Of a DNA stretch of 57,011 nucleotides, positions 16,484 to 25,176 are shown in pieces. The stretch is taken from the NCBI GenBank assembly GCA_035308005.1, contig DATGHN010000078.1, positions 1 to 57,011 on the forward strand, in the 5' to 3' direction. The position numbers were made by a program, and so were the translations under genes. Position 1 is the first letter of the stretch; each line of letters starts with the position of its first letter. This DNA comes from Solirubrobacteraceae bacterium. GTDB lineage: Bacteria > Actinomycetota > Thermoleophilia > Solirubrobacterales > Solirubrobacteraceae. Under the pieces are notes generated by a model. The model was not told the DNA's origin and made no database searches. It was given only the letters and a program-made list of their open reading frames with translations.

Positions 16484-18162
16484 TGCCCGATCGCGCAGCT
16501 CTGGATGTCGCCGTCGAGGGCGCCCTCGGAGTCGTACTGACCGCTCCGCGCGCGGCACACGATGCGCCCGGCTCGGTCGATGAAGAACGTCGTCGGCAGT
16601 CCGACGATCCCCCCGTGTGTGATCGAGTCGATTGCGGCCGTGCCGAGCTGATAGCTCGGATAGCTCAGCGGGCGGCTGGAGAGGTACCCCTGCGCGCCTC
16701 CCGCGGAGTCATCGTCGCTGGCGTCGACGCCGACGAAGGCGACCTGCTTGCCGTAGTGAATCGACGCGGCTGCGAAATATGGGTACTCCGCCTGGCAGCC
16801 AGGGCACCACGACGCCCACACGTTGAGGACGATCGGATAGCCGCGTAGGGCGCGCAGCCGCGCCGCGAGCGAGTCGCCGGCGGGCAGGAGCCGGCCCGCC
16901 TGGCGATGGAGCGCGGCAAGCGGCGCAGGGGAGCCGGCGAGCACCGTCGGCGCCTGGCTCGCTGCAGGGATCTTGATCTTCGTCGGTGCATGCAGGGCGG
17001 CGCTGACGTGCCTGCCCAGCTGAGCGGTCGTCAGCCAGCCCTGCGTCGAGACGTCCCAGTACCAGAGGGCCCGGCCGCTGCGCGAGACGAGCACGAACCA
17101 CGGCTGGTCCTGGACGAGATAGCCGTCGGCGATGCGGCCGGTCCGGTCGATCGCGACCGGGAACGCCAGCTGTTCGTGCAGGCTCGCCAGGAACTTCGGA
17201 AGGGCGGCCGACGACGGCTCGACGCTGCCCTCATCAACTGCGGTCAGCGGTGCAAGCCCGCTTCGGGCGGCAATCGCGGCGTATCCGCGGAGAGCCTCGA
17301 GTTGCTTCGAAAGGTCGGTGACCTCGCCGACCCAGGTCGTGAAGAACAGGTAGAGGCGCTGCGTTCCTCGCGGCCCGAGGCGGACCGATCCGCCGCCGGC
17401 GCGCGGCACGCTCACCGTGCTCGCGGGACCGATCGGCGGGATGCGCTGGTAGGAGAGGGCCGAGCGGGGACGCGGATGGCCGGGCAGCAAGGAGGACACC
17501 TCGGAGGCGAGGATCTGCGCCTGCTGGTCGACGCTCGAATAGGCCATCTGTGTCACGTAGATCTCGGCGTAGCGGCCGCGCGCGTCGATCACGTAGAGAG
17601 CCGCGGTGTGGTCGATCTGACCAGCCTCGATCTGAACTGCGATGTGGTAGGCGCCCCAGACGCGGTGAAGCTCGGCGAGCGAGCCGGTCAGAAACTCCCA
17701 CTGATGGAGCATCCCGTGCAGCTGGGAGTAGGAGCGCACCCAGTGAACCGCCGTCGCGCGGGGGTTGGCGTCGATGCCGATGAGGTCGACGCCGTCGCCG
17801 GCGCGGCCGAGCAGGCCCTTGGCCTCGACCATCGCGGTCGTCGTCAGCGGGCAGACGGTCGTGCACTGCGAGTCGTTGAAGGCGAGGATCACTACGTGGC
17901 CGCGCAGGGCGCGGAGCGTTTGCGAGCGGCCGAACTGGTCGGTGAGCGTGAAGTTCGGCGCCACACCGTGGAGCTTCGTCCCCGGATCGAGGTTGGGGTT
18001 GGTGTCCAGCGCCGACTCCTGGGCGCTTGCCGGGCTCTTGGCGGGTCCGATCGCCAGCGCTACGACGACCACCAGCGCGGCCGCGACGAAGGCCGCGGCG
18101 ACCGCCAGCGCGGGTCTTCTCCACGGGCGCCGTGGCGCGGGTTCGCTTTGCGTCTCTGTCAT
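16480..18162 (-). CDS. Membrane-anchored triple thioredoxin-fold protein: SCO1/SenC-like (CxxxC+His), degenerate Trx-like, and TlpA/ResA-like (WCPGC)
   Basis: ORF 16480..18204; ATG 18162 has an upstream GAGGAGGG. Single N-terminal TM. SCO motifs NDSQCTTVCP and IDHTAALYVID. The middle domain LYLFFTTWVGEV lacks Cys. The C-terminal domain is VLNVWASWCPGCQAEYP. Confidence 0.8.
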   Translation of the reverse strand: MTETQSEPAPRRPWRRPALAVAAAFVAAALVVVVALAIGPAKSPASAQESALDTNPNLDPGTKLHGVAPNFTLTDQFGRSQTLRALRGHVVILAFNDSQCTTVCPLTTTAMVEAKGLLGRAGDGVDLIGIDANPRATAVHWVRSYSQLHGMLHQWEFLTGSLAELHRVWGAYHIAVQIEAGQIDHTAALYVIDARGRYAEIYVTQMAYSSVDQQAQILASEVSSLLPGHPRPRSALSYQRIPPIGPASTVSVPRAGGGSVRLGPRGTQRLYLFFTTWVGEVTDLSKQLEALRGYAAIAARSGLAPLTAVDEGSVEPSSAALPKFLASLHEQLAFPVAIDRTGRIADGYLVQDQPWFVLVSRSGRALWYWDVSTQGWLTTAQLGRHVSAALHAPTKIKIPAASQAPTVLAGSPAPLAALHRQAGRLLPAGDSLAARLRALRGYPIVLNVWASWCPGCQAEYPYFAAASIHYGKQVAFVGVDASDDDSAGGAQGYLSSRPLSYPSYQLGTAAIDSITHGGIVGLPTTFFIDRAGRIVCRARSGQYDSEGALDGDIQSCAIGQ

Positions 18163-18301
18163 GCCTGAAGCTGCCCTCCTCAGCCGCGGCCGAAAGCGTC
18201 TCACGCCTGGATAAACGGCAGCGCAGGGGCTCTGGGGCCGAATGCAGGCGGCTGTAGCCTATGGCGACCGACGCAGACGAGGGTCCGCGGGGGAGCGCAC
18301 G

Positions 18302-19897
18302 ATGACCGACTACGAACTCCGCGAGCTGGACAAGCAACCCGCGGACGCGTCGCTTGGCGAGATCACGGACTCTGCGCTCGCCTATCTCAGCCTCGAGGAC
18401 CTGCTCGTCGAGCTGCTCGAGCGCATCCGCACGCTAGTCCAGGCCGACACGGCCGCGATCCTGCTCGTCGACCGCGAGCGAGGGGTGCTCCTCGCGCGCG
18501 CGGCGCGCGGCATCGAGGAGGAGGTCCGCCAGGGCGTGCAGGTTCCGCTCGGGCGGGGATTCGCGGGGCGTGTTGCGGCCGAGGCTCGACCGATCGCGAT
18601 CGAGGACGTCGACCACGCCGATATCCACAATCCGATCCTGCGCCAGAAGGGCATTCGCTCCTTGCTCGGCGTGCCGCTGATGGTCGGCGACCGCGTGATC
18701 GGCGTGTTGCACGTGGGGACGCTGCAGCGGCGCAGCTTCGACGAGTCCGACCGGCGCCTGCTGCAGGCGGCCGCCGACCGCGCCGCGCGGGCGATCGATG
18801 ACGCCCAGCTCTCCGAGCAGCGTGCGATGACCGAGGTCCTGCAGCGCTACCTGCTGCCGGACACCCTGCCGGTCATTCCGGGCCTTGAGATCAGCGCGAA
18901 ATATCTCCCCGCGCCAGGGGCCGGCGTCGGCGGCGACTGGTACGACGTCTTCAGCCTGCCCGACGGCCGCATCGCCCTGGTCATCGGCGATATCGCCGGG
19001 AGGGGCATCGGCGCCGCCGCCGTGATGGCCGAGGCTCGCACCGCGCTTCGCGCCTACGCGCTCGAGCGTCATTCGCTCGAGGACGTGCTGGCGCTCCTGA
19101 ACGCGCTGATCATCGGCGCGGGAAGGCGCCGCAGCCTCAGCGTCGCGATGTTCGCGCTCGACCTCGAAACCGACGCACTCGATGTCGTCAGCGCCGGCCA
19201 CCCGCCGGCGCTCCTGGTGCGCCCAGACGGCACGCGCGAGCTCGTCGCCGCGGCGAGCGGCCCTCCGCTCGGCAGCAAGATCTCCTCGGGCTATGCGGCG
19301 GAGTCTGTCGCCTTTCCGCTTGGCAGCGCGCTTCTGCTCTACACGGACGGGCTGATCGAACGACGCGGCGAGACGCTCGACGACGGGTTCGCGCGGCTGC
19401 TCGAGGCGAGCCTCATCCGCGACGCCAACCTCTCCCTCGCCGACCGCGCCTTCCGCGACCTCGCGGCGAACGACTCGGCCGCGGAGGACGACGTGGCGAT
19501 CCTGGCCGTTGAGTCCTACGCGCTCGGCGACACGCTGCACCTGGACACCGATGCCGACCCGACGCATCTCGCGTCGCTTCGGCGGATCGTCGCCCGCTGG
19601 CTCACGCAGTTCGGCGTGGACGACGCACAGCGCTTCGACATCACCCTCGCCTGCTCGGAGGCTGCGGCGAACGCGATCGAGCACGCCTACGGCCCGCGTG
19701 ACGCCACATTCGCGCTCGACGGGCACGTCACCGCGCAGGCCGTCGAGGTCGTCGTCTCCGATCGCGGCCGCTGGCGTCCCGAGCGCCAGACCGATCGCGG
19801 TCGCGGCCTGCAGCTGATGAACGCGCTGATGGACGAGGTGATCGTCGAGCGCGGCGAGCAGGGAACGACGGTGACGCTGCGGGCGCTTCGAAAGTGA
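18302..19897 (+). CDS. GAF - PP2C/SpoIIE phosphatase - RsbW-like HATPase (anti-sigma kinase type) fusion protein
   Basis: ORF 18242..19897 trimmed to ATG 18302. GAF region (LLVDRERGVL...GFAGRV...). PP2C motifs GGDWYDV, VIGDIAGRGIGAA, LLLYTDGLIE. HATPase_c_2 motifs EAAANAIEHAY, SDRGRW, GRGLQLMNALMDEV. Confidence 0.85.
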   Translation: MTDYELRELDKQPADASLGEITDSALAYLSLEDLLVELLERIRTLVQADTAAILLVDRERGVLLARAARGIEEEVRQGVQVPLGRGFAGRVAAEARPIAIEDVDHADIHNPILRQKGIRSLLGVPLMVGDRVIGVLHVGTLQRRSFDESDRRLLQAAADRAARAIDDAQLSEQRAMTEVLQRYLLPDTLPVIPGLEISAKYLPAPGAGVGGDWYDVFSLPDGRIALVIGDIAGRGIGAAAVMAEARTALRAYALERHSLEDVLALLNALIIGAGRRRSLSVAMFALDLETDALDVVSAGHPPALLVRPDGTRELVAAASGPPLGSKISSGYAAESVAFPLGSALLLYTDGLIERRGETLDDGFARLLEASLIRDANLSLADRAFRDLAANDSAAEDDVAILAVESYALGDTLHLDTDADPTHLASLRRIVARWLTQFGVDDAQRFDITLACSEAAANAIEHAYGPRDATFALDGHVTAQAVEVVVSDRGRWRPERQTDRGRGLQLMNALMDEVIVERGEQGTTVTLRALRK

Positions 19898-20262
19898 CGA
19901 TCCCGGCGGTCACATCTCTGAACGGCGTGCCGGTCGCGGCGATTCCCGTCGATGTCGACGTCGCGAATGCGGCGCTGGTCGGCGAGCAGCTCGCCGGGGC
20001 GGTGACGCACGACGCGCCGTGTCTGGTGCTCGATCTGACGGCGACGCGCTACCTCGACAGCGCCGGAATCGACATGCTGCTGAAGCTCGCCGAGCGCCTT
20101 CGCAATCGCCGTCAGGCGCTGCGCCTGGTCGTCCCCGAGGGCTCGCCCTTGCGGCGCCTGCTTGCCGTAATGGGCGTGGACGCCTCGCTGCCGGTGTATG
20201 CGAGCGTCACGGAGGCCGTCGAATCGGCCGGCGGGGAGCCGGGTACGCTCTCGCCACGATGA
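19894..20262 (+). CDS. STAS-domain anti-sigma-factor antagonist (SpoIIAA/RsbV-like)
   Basis: ORF track 19894..20262. The GTG start overlaps the upstream TGA (GTGA). Conserved phospho-Ser context LDLTATRYLDSAGIDMLL. Confidence 0.8.
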   Translation: MTIPAVTSLNGVPVAAIPVDVDVANAALVGEQLAGAVTHDAPCLVLDLTATRYLDSAGIDMLLKLAERLRNRRQALRLVVPEGSPLRRLLAVMGVDASLPVYASVTEAVESAGGEPGTLSPR

Positions 20263-20666
20263 AGGTCGTCGTCGCGCCGCTCGAGGAGTTCCCGCCCGAC
20301 ACCCGCAAGCTGGTCCGCGTCGGCGGGCGCGAGATCGGCGTGTTCCGCGTCGGCGACAGCTTCTACGCCGTGCGCAACCGCTGCCCCCACCAGGGCGCGC
20401 CGCTGTGCATCGGCCGCGTCTTTTCGCGGATCGTGTCCAACCAGCCGGGCGAGTTCGAGCTCGCCGGCGGGCCCCCGCTGCTCGTCTGCCCGTGGCACGG
20501 CTGGCAGTACGACGTGTCTACTGGGCAGTCGTATTCACCCGGAGATCCCCGAGTGAAAAGCTATGGTGTGTCTGTCGAAACAGGCAGTGAGCTCGTCGAA
20601 GGCCCGTACGTTGTCGAGACATACTCTGTAACAGTGTCCGAGCAGTACGTGGTGTTGGAAGCCTGA
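20259..20666 (+). CDS. Small soluble Rieske [2Fe-2S] domain protein
   Basis: ORF 20019..20666 trimmed to ATG 20259 (ATGA overlap with the STAS stop). Cluster ligands CPHQG ... CPWHGW, but with 32 residues between the CxH and CxxH boxes. Confidence 0.85.
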   Translation: MKVVVAPLEEFPPDTRKLVRVGGREIGVFRVGDSFYAVRNRCPHQGAPLCIGRVFSRIVSNQPGEFELAGGPPLLVCPWHGWQYDVSTGQSYSPGDPRVKSYGVSVETGSELVEGPYVVETYSVTVSEQYVVLEA

Positions 20667-20685
20667 CCGCAGGAGGTTCCAAGCG

Positions 20686-21792
20686 ATGTCAGTGACGCAG
20701 GCCACTTCGCAGACCGGGGCAGAGACTCCGCGCCAGGTGTCGCTCGTCGACTGCGACATCCATCCCACGCTGACGATGCCCGAGCTGCAGAAGCGCGTAT
20801 CGGAGCGCTGGCGGCGCCATCTCGAGCGTTTCGGCCGCCGCACGCCGATGATCACCGAGTTCTATCCGCGGACGGCCAACGCCGGCTTCCGCCTGGATTC
20901 GTGGCCCGAGGGGCCCGGCGGCTTTCCGGGCTCGGACCTCGGCCTGCTGCAGACCCAGCTGCTCGATGAGTTCGACATCGACTACGGGATCCTCAACTCG
21001 CTCGGCCTGCTCAACTGCCACGAGGTGCCGGAGCTGGCCGCCGAGATGGCGCGCGCGCTCAACGACTGGATGGTCGAGTGGATGGACGAGGAGCCGCGGC
21101 TGCTCGGCGCGATGGTCGTCCCCTACGAGTACCCCGATCTGGCGGTCAAGGAGATCGAGCGCTGCGCCGGCGACCCGCGCTGGGTCCAGCTGATCTTCCC
21201 CGACAGCGCCGAGGACCCGCTGGGCTCGCGCAAGTACTGGCCGATCTACGAGGCGGCGACCGGACACGGCCTGCCGGTCGCGGTCCACACCGCGGGCTAC
21301 TGGCCGCACCTCGACACCGGCTGGCCGTCGTACTACCTCGAGGAGCACGTCGCCAACTCGATGCGGATGCAGTCGCAGCTCACCAACTTCATCTGCGAGG
21401 GCACCTTCAGGCAGTTCCCCGACATGCGACTCGTCCTGACCGAGGCCGGCGTCGCCTGGGCGGTGCCGCTGACGTGGTCGCTCGACAGCGCCTGGGAGCA
21501 GCTGCGGGACGACTCGCCGCCGATCGATCGCCGGCCGTCGGAAATCGTCCGCGAGCACGTCTGGTTCACGACGCAGCCGATCGAGGAGCCGGACACCCCG
21601 GAGGAGTTCGCGCAGATGATCGCCCACGCGGGACTCGAGGACCGGCTGCTGTTCGCGACCGATTACCCGCACTGGGACTTCGACTCCCCGGCGCAGGCCC
21701 TGCCACGGTCGCTCGGGCCGGAGCTACGTCAGAAGATCCTCGCCGGCAACGCCGCCGAGCTCTACGGCCTCCCGCTCGCACCGCCGGAGTGA
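20686..21792 (+). CDS. Amidohydrolase_2 (COG2159, ACMSD/LigI-type TIM-barrel hydrolase/decarboxylase) family protein
   Basis: ORF track 20686..21792 (368 aa), with AGGAGG 8 nt upstream. N-terminal VDCDIHP. HTAGY. C-terminal LLFATDYPHWD. Confidence 0.85.
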   Translation: MSVTQATSQTGAETPRQVSLVDCDIHPTLTMPELQKRVSERWRRHLERFGRRTPMITEFYPRTANAGFRLDSWPEGPGGFPGSDLGLLQTQLLDEFDIDYGILNSLGLLNCHEVPELAAEMARALNDWMVEWMDEEPRLLGAMVVPYEYPDLAVKEIERCAGDPRWVQLIFPDSAEDPLGSRKYWPIYEAATGHGLPVAVHTAGYWPHLDTGWPSYYLEEHVANSMRMQSQLTNFICEGTFRQFPDMRLVLTEAGVAWAVPLTWSLDSAWEQLRDDSPPIDRRPSEIVREHVWFTTQPIEEPDTPEEFAQMIAHAGLEDRLLFATDYPHWDFDSPAQALPRSLGPELRQKILAGNAAELYGLPLAPPE

Positions 21793-22805
21793 TCGACTGC
21801 GACGTTCACTGCGCCCCGGCGACGCTCGAGGCGCTGGGGCCGTATCTGTCCGATTACTGGCGGGAGTACACGACAACCGCGGGGATCAGGTTGCTTGGGA
21901 TGGCGAGCGCCTACCCGCCAAACGCCCCGACCACCGGCGATCCCGCCCCGGACAGCTATGACGCGCTGCGCGAGCAGGTGCTGGAGCCGTTCGCGCCGCG
22001 GCTTGTGATTCTCAACTGCCTGACGCTCTGCGAGGCGCATCGCAACCCCCACTACCAGGCGGCGCTAGCGAGCGCGCTCAACGACTGGCTGATCGCCGAG
22101 TTCCTCGACCGTGACGAGCGGCTGCGCGCAAGCCTCGTCGTCTCGACCGTCGACACCGACGATGCGCTCAGCGAGGTCGAGCGTCTCGGCGGCGATCCCC
22201 GCTTCGTGCAGGTCCTGATGCCGATACGCGCCGACACGCCGTTTGGCAACCGGCGCTTTCACCGCCTCTACGCCTCCGCCGCGGAGCGCGGCATGGCGAT
22301 CGGGCTGCACGCCTGGGGCCGCGCTGGACACTCGCCGACGACGACCGGCTACACGCTCTCCTACGTCGAGGACTACCTGGCAAATCAGGTGATCGCCCAG
22401 ACGCACGTGCTGAGCCTCGTCAGCGAGGGCGTGTTCGAGACGATCCCGCGCCTTCGCGTCGCGCTCCTGGAATGCGGTTTCGCCTGGCTTCCGTCGCTTT
22501 TGTGGCGCTTCGACAAGGACTGGAAGGGCGTCTGGCGCGAGGTTCCGTGGGTCAAGGAGCGACCGTCGAGCTACGTGCGCCGCCACTTCCGCGCGACGAC
22601 GGCGCCGGCGCATCTCCCGCCGGGTAACGAGGGCTCGACACGCGAGCTGCTCGAGATGGTCGGGACGGAGCTGTTGATGCACGCAAGCGACTTCCCCCAC
22701 CAGCACGGGCCGAGCGCCGCGGCTACGTATGAGCTTTTGAGCGACGAGGCCCGCGAAGCGGTGCTCGACGCGAACGCCGCCGAGTTCTACGCCTTCGCCA
22801 GGTAG
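21789..22805 (+). CDS. Amidohydrolase_2 family protein (second paralogue)
   Basis: ORF 21078..22805 trimmed to GTG 21789 (GTGA overlap). VIDCDVHC. GLHAWG. LMHASDFPHQH. It parallels the preceding gene throughout. Confidence 0.8.
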   Translation: MIDCDVHCAPATLEALGPYLSDYWREYTTTAGIRLLGMASAYPPNAPTTGDPAPDSYDALREQVLEPFAPRLVILNCLTLCEAHRNPHYQAALASALNDWLIAEFLDRDERLRASLVVSTVDTDDALSEVERLGGDPRFVQVLMPIRADTPFGNRRFHRLYASAAERGMAIGLHAWGRAGHSPTTTGYTLSYVEDYLANQVIAQTHVLSLVSEGVFETIPRLRVALLECGFAWLPSLLWRFDKDWKGVWREVPWVKERPSSYVRRHFRATTAPAHLPPGNEGSTRELLEMVGTELLMHASDFPHQHGPSAAATYELLSDEAREAVLDANAAEFYAFAR

Positions 22806-23440
22806 GCGAGCGCCTCGTCGAGCGCGACGACGTCGCCGTACTTCATCTCGATGTCGAAGAGGTTGGCGATGTGGGGGAGGGGCGAGCGGTCGGCGACCGC
22901 CTCGCGCACGACGATCGTACGAAAGCCCGACGAGCACGCGTCGACGGCGCTCGCTCGGATGCACCCGCTCGTGCTCGCGCCGGCGAGGAGGACGGTGTCG
23001 ACGCGCAGCGCGACGAGGCGGCTTGCGAGGTCGGTCGCGAAGAAGCACGACGGGTACTTCTTCCAGACCACCATGTCGGCGTCGCTTCGGCCGAGGCGCT
23101 CGTCGAACTCGGCGCCCTCGGTGCCCTCGTCCATCCCGTCGTGGGACAGCTTGAGCTCCCAGACGCCGGCGTCGCGCCGTCGCGGCTCATAGCTCGAGCC
23201 GACGAGGACTGTCGCCGCGCCGCTCGCGCGGGCGCCGTCGAGCAGCGCGCGGGTCGCCGACATCATCACCTGATCGTCGACCGCCGTCTGAAAGCGCGGA
23301 TCGGTGAAGGCCTTGATCAGGTCGACCACGACGACCGCCGGCCGCTCGCCGAAGCCGACCCGCCGCGCGAAGCCGCGCTCGCGCATCATCACGGCGAGCT
23401 CGTCGTAGGCGGCCGCGGCGAGCTCGGCGGCGTCGCTCAT
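22787..23440 (-). CDS. Isochorismatase-like cysteine hydrolase (carbamoyl/ureido amidase type)
   Basis: ORF track 22787..23440 (217 aa). D-K-C triad context: VVVVDLIKAF, VVWKKYPSCFF, AGASTSGCIRASAVDA. Confidence 0.85.
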   Translation of the reverse strand: MSDAAELAAAAYDELAVMMRERGFARRVGFGERPAVVVVDLIKAFTDPRFQTAVDDQVMMSATRALLDGARASGAATVLVGSSYEPRRRDAGVWELKLSHDGMDEGTEGAEFDERLGRSDADMVVWKKYPSCFFATDLASRLVALRVDTVLLAGASTSGCIRASAVDACSSGFRTIVVREAVADRSPLPHIANLFDIEMKYGDVVALDEALAYLAKA

Positions 23441-24321
23441 GCGCGCTCGGCGAGCGCGCGATGATGCTCGCTCGCCAGGTAGTGCTCGCAGATCGCGTCG
23501 CTGGTGGTGACCCAGACGTCGCTTCGCGAGCGGATCTCCTCGAGCACCGCCGCGAGGTGGCGGTGGCGCGCGGGCTGGGAGATCACGAACGGGTGCACCG
23601 GCAGCGCCATGACGCGGCCGGCCGTCTCGCTCTCTGAGATCAGCTGGTCGAGGTGGTCGAGGACGAGCCGCACGTACTGCTCGCCGGTCGTCGCGGCGGT
23701 CACGAACAGCGAGATGTCGTTGAGCTCGACCGAGTAGGGCAGCGAGATCATTCCGGGCACGCGCAGCGGGTAGGGCTGGTCGTCGTTACACCAGTCGAGC
23801 AGGTAGCGCACGCCGAGCGCCGCAAGCAGCCGCGGCGTGTTGAAGGTCTCGGTCAGCGCCGGCCCGAGCCAGCCGAGCGGCCGCCGGCCGGTCGCGTCCT
23901 GCACCGCGGCGACCATGTCCTCGAGGTAGGCCTGCTCGTCGCCCTCGTCCATCGCCGCCTGCAGTGTCGAGTTGTTCTGGCCGTGCGCGACGACGGCCCA
24001 GTCGCGCTCCGCGATCGCCGCGGCGATCTGCGGATAGAAGGGGCAGACGTCGGAGTTCAGCAGCACGCTCGCCGGGATCTCGAGGCGGTCGAGCAACTCG
24101 ATCATGCGCCAGATCCCGACGCGGACGCCGTAGTCGCGCCAGCCGTAGTTCATCGGGTCCGGCGTCAGGGCGATCGTCGCCATCGAGGTGCTGGTCGACG
24201 GGCGATCGATCAGGTAGTGCTCGACGTTGAGCCCGACGTAGAAGGCGACGCGCGCACCCCCGGGCCAGCGCAGCGGCGGACGCTCGCCGATCGCGGAGTA
24301 GGCGTAGAGCTCCTGCTCCAT
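23437..24321 (-). CDS. Polysaccharide-deacetylase-fold protein, PuuE/allantoinase-like subgroup
   Basis: ORF track 23437..24321 (294 aa). ATGA overlap with the downstream gene. VAFYVGLNVEHY, AVVAHGQNN and LPYSVELNDI patterns are as in PuuE-type ring amidases (recalled). Confidence 0.75.
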   Translation of the reverse strand: MEQELYAYSAIGERPPLRWPGGARVAFYVGLNVEHYLIDRPSTSTSMATIALTPDPMNYGWRDYGVRVGIWRMIELLDRLEIPASVLLNSDVCPFYPQIAAAIAERDWAVVAHGQNNSTLQAAMDEGDEQAYLEDMVAAVQDATGRRPLGWLGPALTETFNTPRLLAALGVRYLLDWCNDDQPYPLRVPGMISLPYSVELNDISLFVTAATTGEQYVRLVLDHLDQLISESETAGRVMALPVHPFVISQPARHRHLAAVLEEIRSRSDVWVTTSDAICEHYLASEHHRALAERA

Positions 24322-25166
24322 CAGCCACCCACCAGCGTCAGCTTGATCATCAGCGGCTCGGCGTCGCCGTAGGCGCCGGCCGGGTCCTCAAGGCGCCGGT
24401 CGGGAAGGTGCCGCGCGCGGAACTCGACCTCGGCCGCTGTGTGTGAGAACGGGAACGGCTCGATCTCGACGACGCCAGGCTCGCGGACGCGGATCTCGAG
24501 ATCGGAGTACTCGCCCCCGCGCGACGGCACGAGCGCGACCGAGCGTCCGCCGGGCGGCTGGTCGATCGAGCGCAGGTTCGTCGCCGCCGGCAGGCTCTCG
24601 CCGTTGCTGCGCTCGCGCGTGTCGATCAGGCAGAGCGTCAGCGAGATCAGATCGAGCGCCTGAAGGAGCTCGTAGTCGCGCCAGCGCTGCAGCTCGAACT
24701 CGCTGCGCAGGCCGCCGCGTTCCTGCCAGATCTCGTGCGCGGTCTCGGCCGCGCGGTGATCCTGTACGACGACGGCGTGGCGGGCGAGCGGGTGGTCAAG
24801 CGGCGCGCCCTCCTGGAGGCCGAAGCGCGCCGAGTAGAGCCCGGCCCAGTGCATCGAGGCCAGCATGCCCGCGTAGCGGTCGTCGGCGTAGATCGCGTCG
24901 ACGCCCTCGCCGTAGGGGCCGACCGTGGTCTCGAGTGGGACTTCGAGGAAATGCGCGGGCCTTCCCTCGGTCTCGTTGACGTGCGGCGCGTCGTCGAGCG
25001 TCTGCCAGCCGTCGTCGTGACGCGCGGCCGCGATGACCAGCGAGTCGCGCGTGGGCCCGAGTGGGAAGCGCCCGGCGCCCCAGAGCTCCGCGAGGTCGCC
25101 CGCGAGCCGCGCGTGGTCCTGCTGGGAGATGAGCTGGAGGCCGTCGCGTCGCCGGCTGATCAGCAT
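24321..25166 (-). CDS. Conserved hypothetical protein, probably DUF3891 family
   Basis: ORF track 24321..25166 (281 aa). The N-terminus LISQQDHARLAGDLAELW...AARHDDGW matches my recollection of DUF3891. The stop shares 1 nt with the next ATG. Confidence 0.55.
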   Translation of the reverse strand: MLISRRRDGLQLISQQDHARLAGDLAELWGAGRFPLGPTRDSLVIAAARHDDGWQTLDDAPHVNETEGRPAHFLEVPLETTVGPYGEGVDAIYADDRYAGMLASMHWAGLYSARFGLQEGAPLDHPLARHAVVVQDHRAAETAHEIWQERGGLRSEFELQRWRDYELLQALDLISLTLCLIDTRERSNGESLPAATNLRSIDQPPGGRSVALVPSRGGEYSDLEIRVREPGVVEIEPFPFSHTAAEVEFRARHLPDRRLEDPAGAYGDAEPLMIKLTLVGG

Positions 25167-25176
25167 GCCTCGAGCC

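Noticed and set aside
20259-20666. The Rieske protein as the missing iron-sulfur subunit of the cytochrome b operon at 9639..11448
   Set aside because: It is 9 kb away on the other strand. It has no TM anchor or Tat signal, so it is a soluble ferredoxin/NirD-like type, and it is translationally chained to STAS and amidohydrolase genes.
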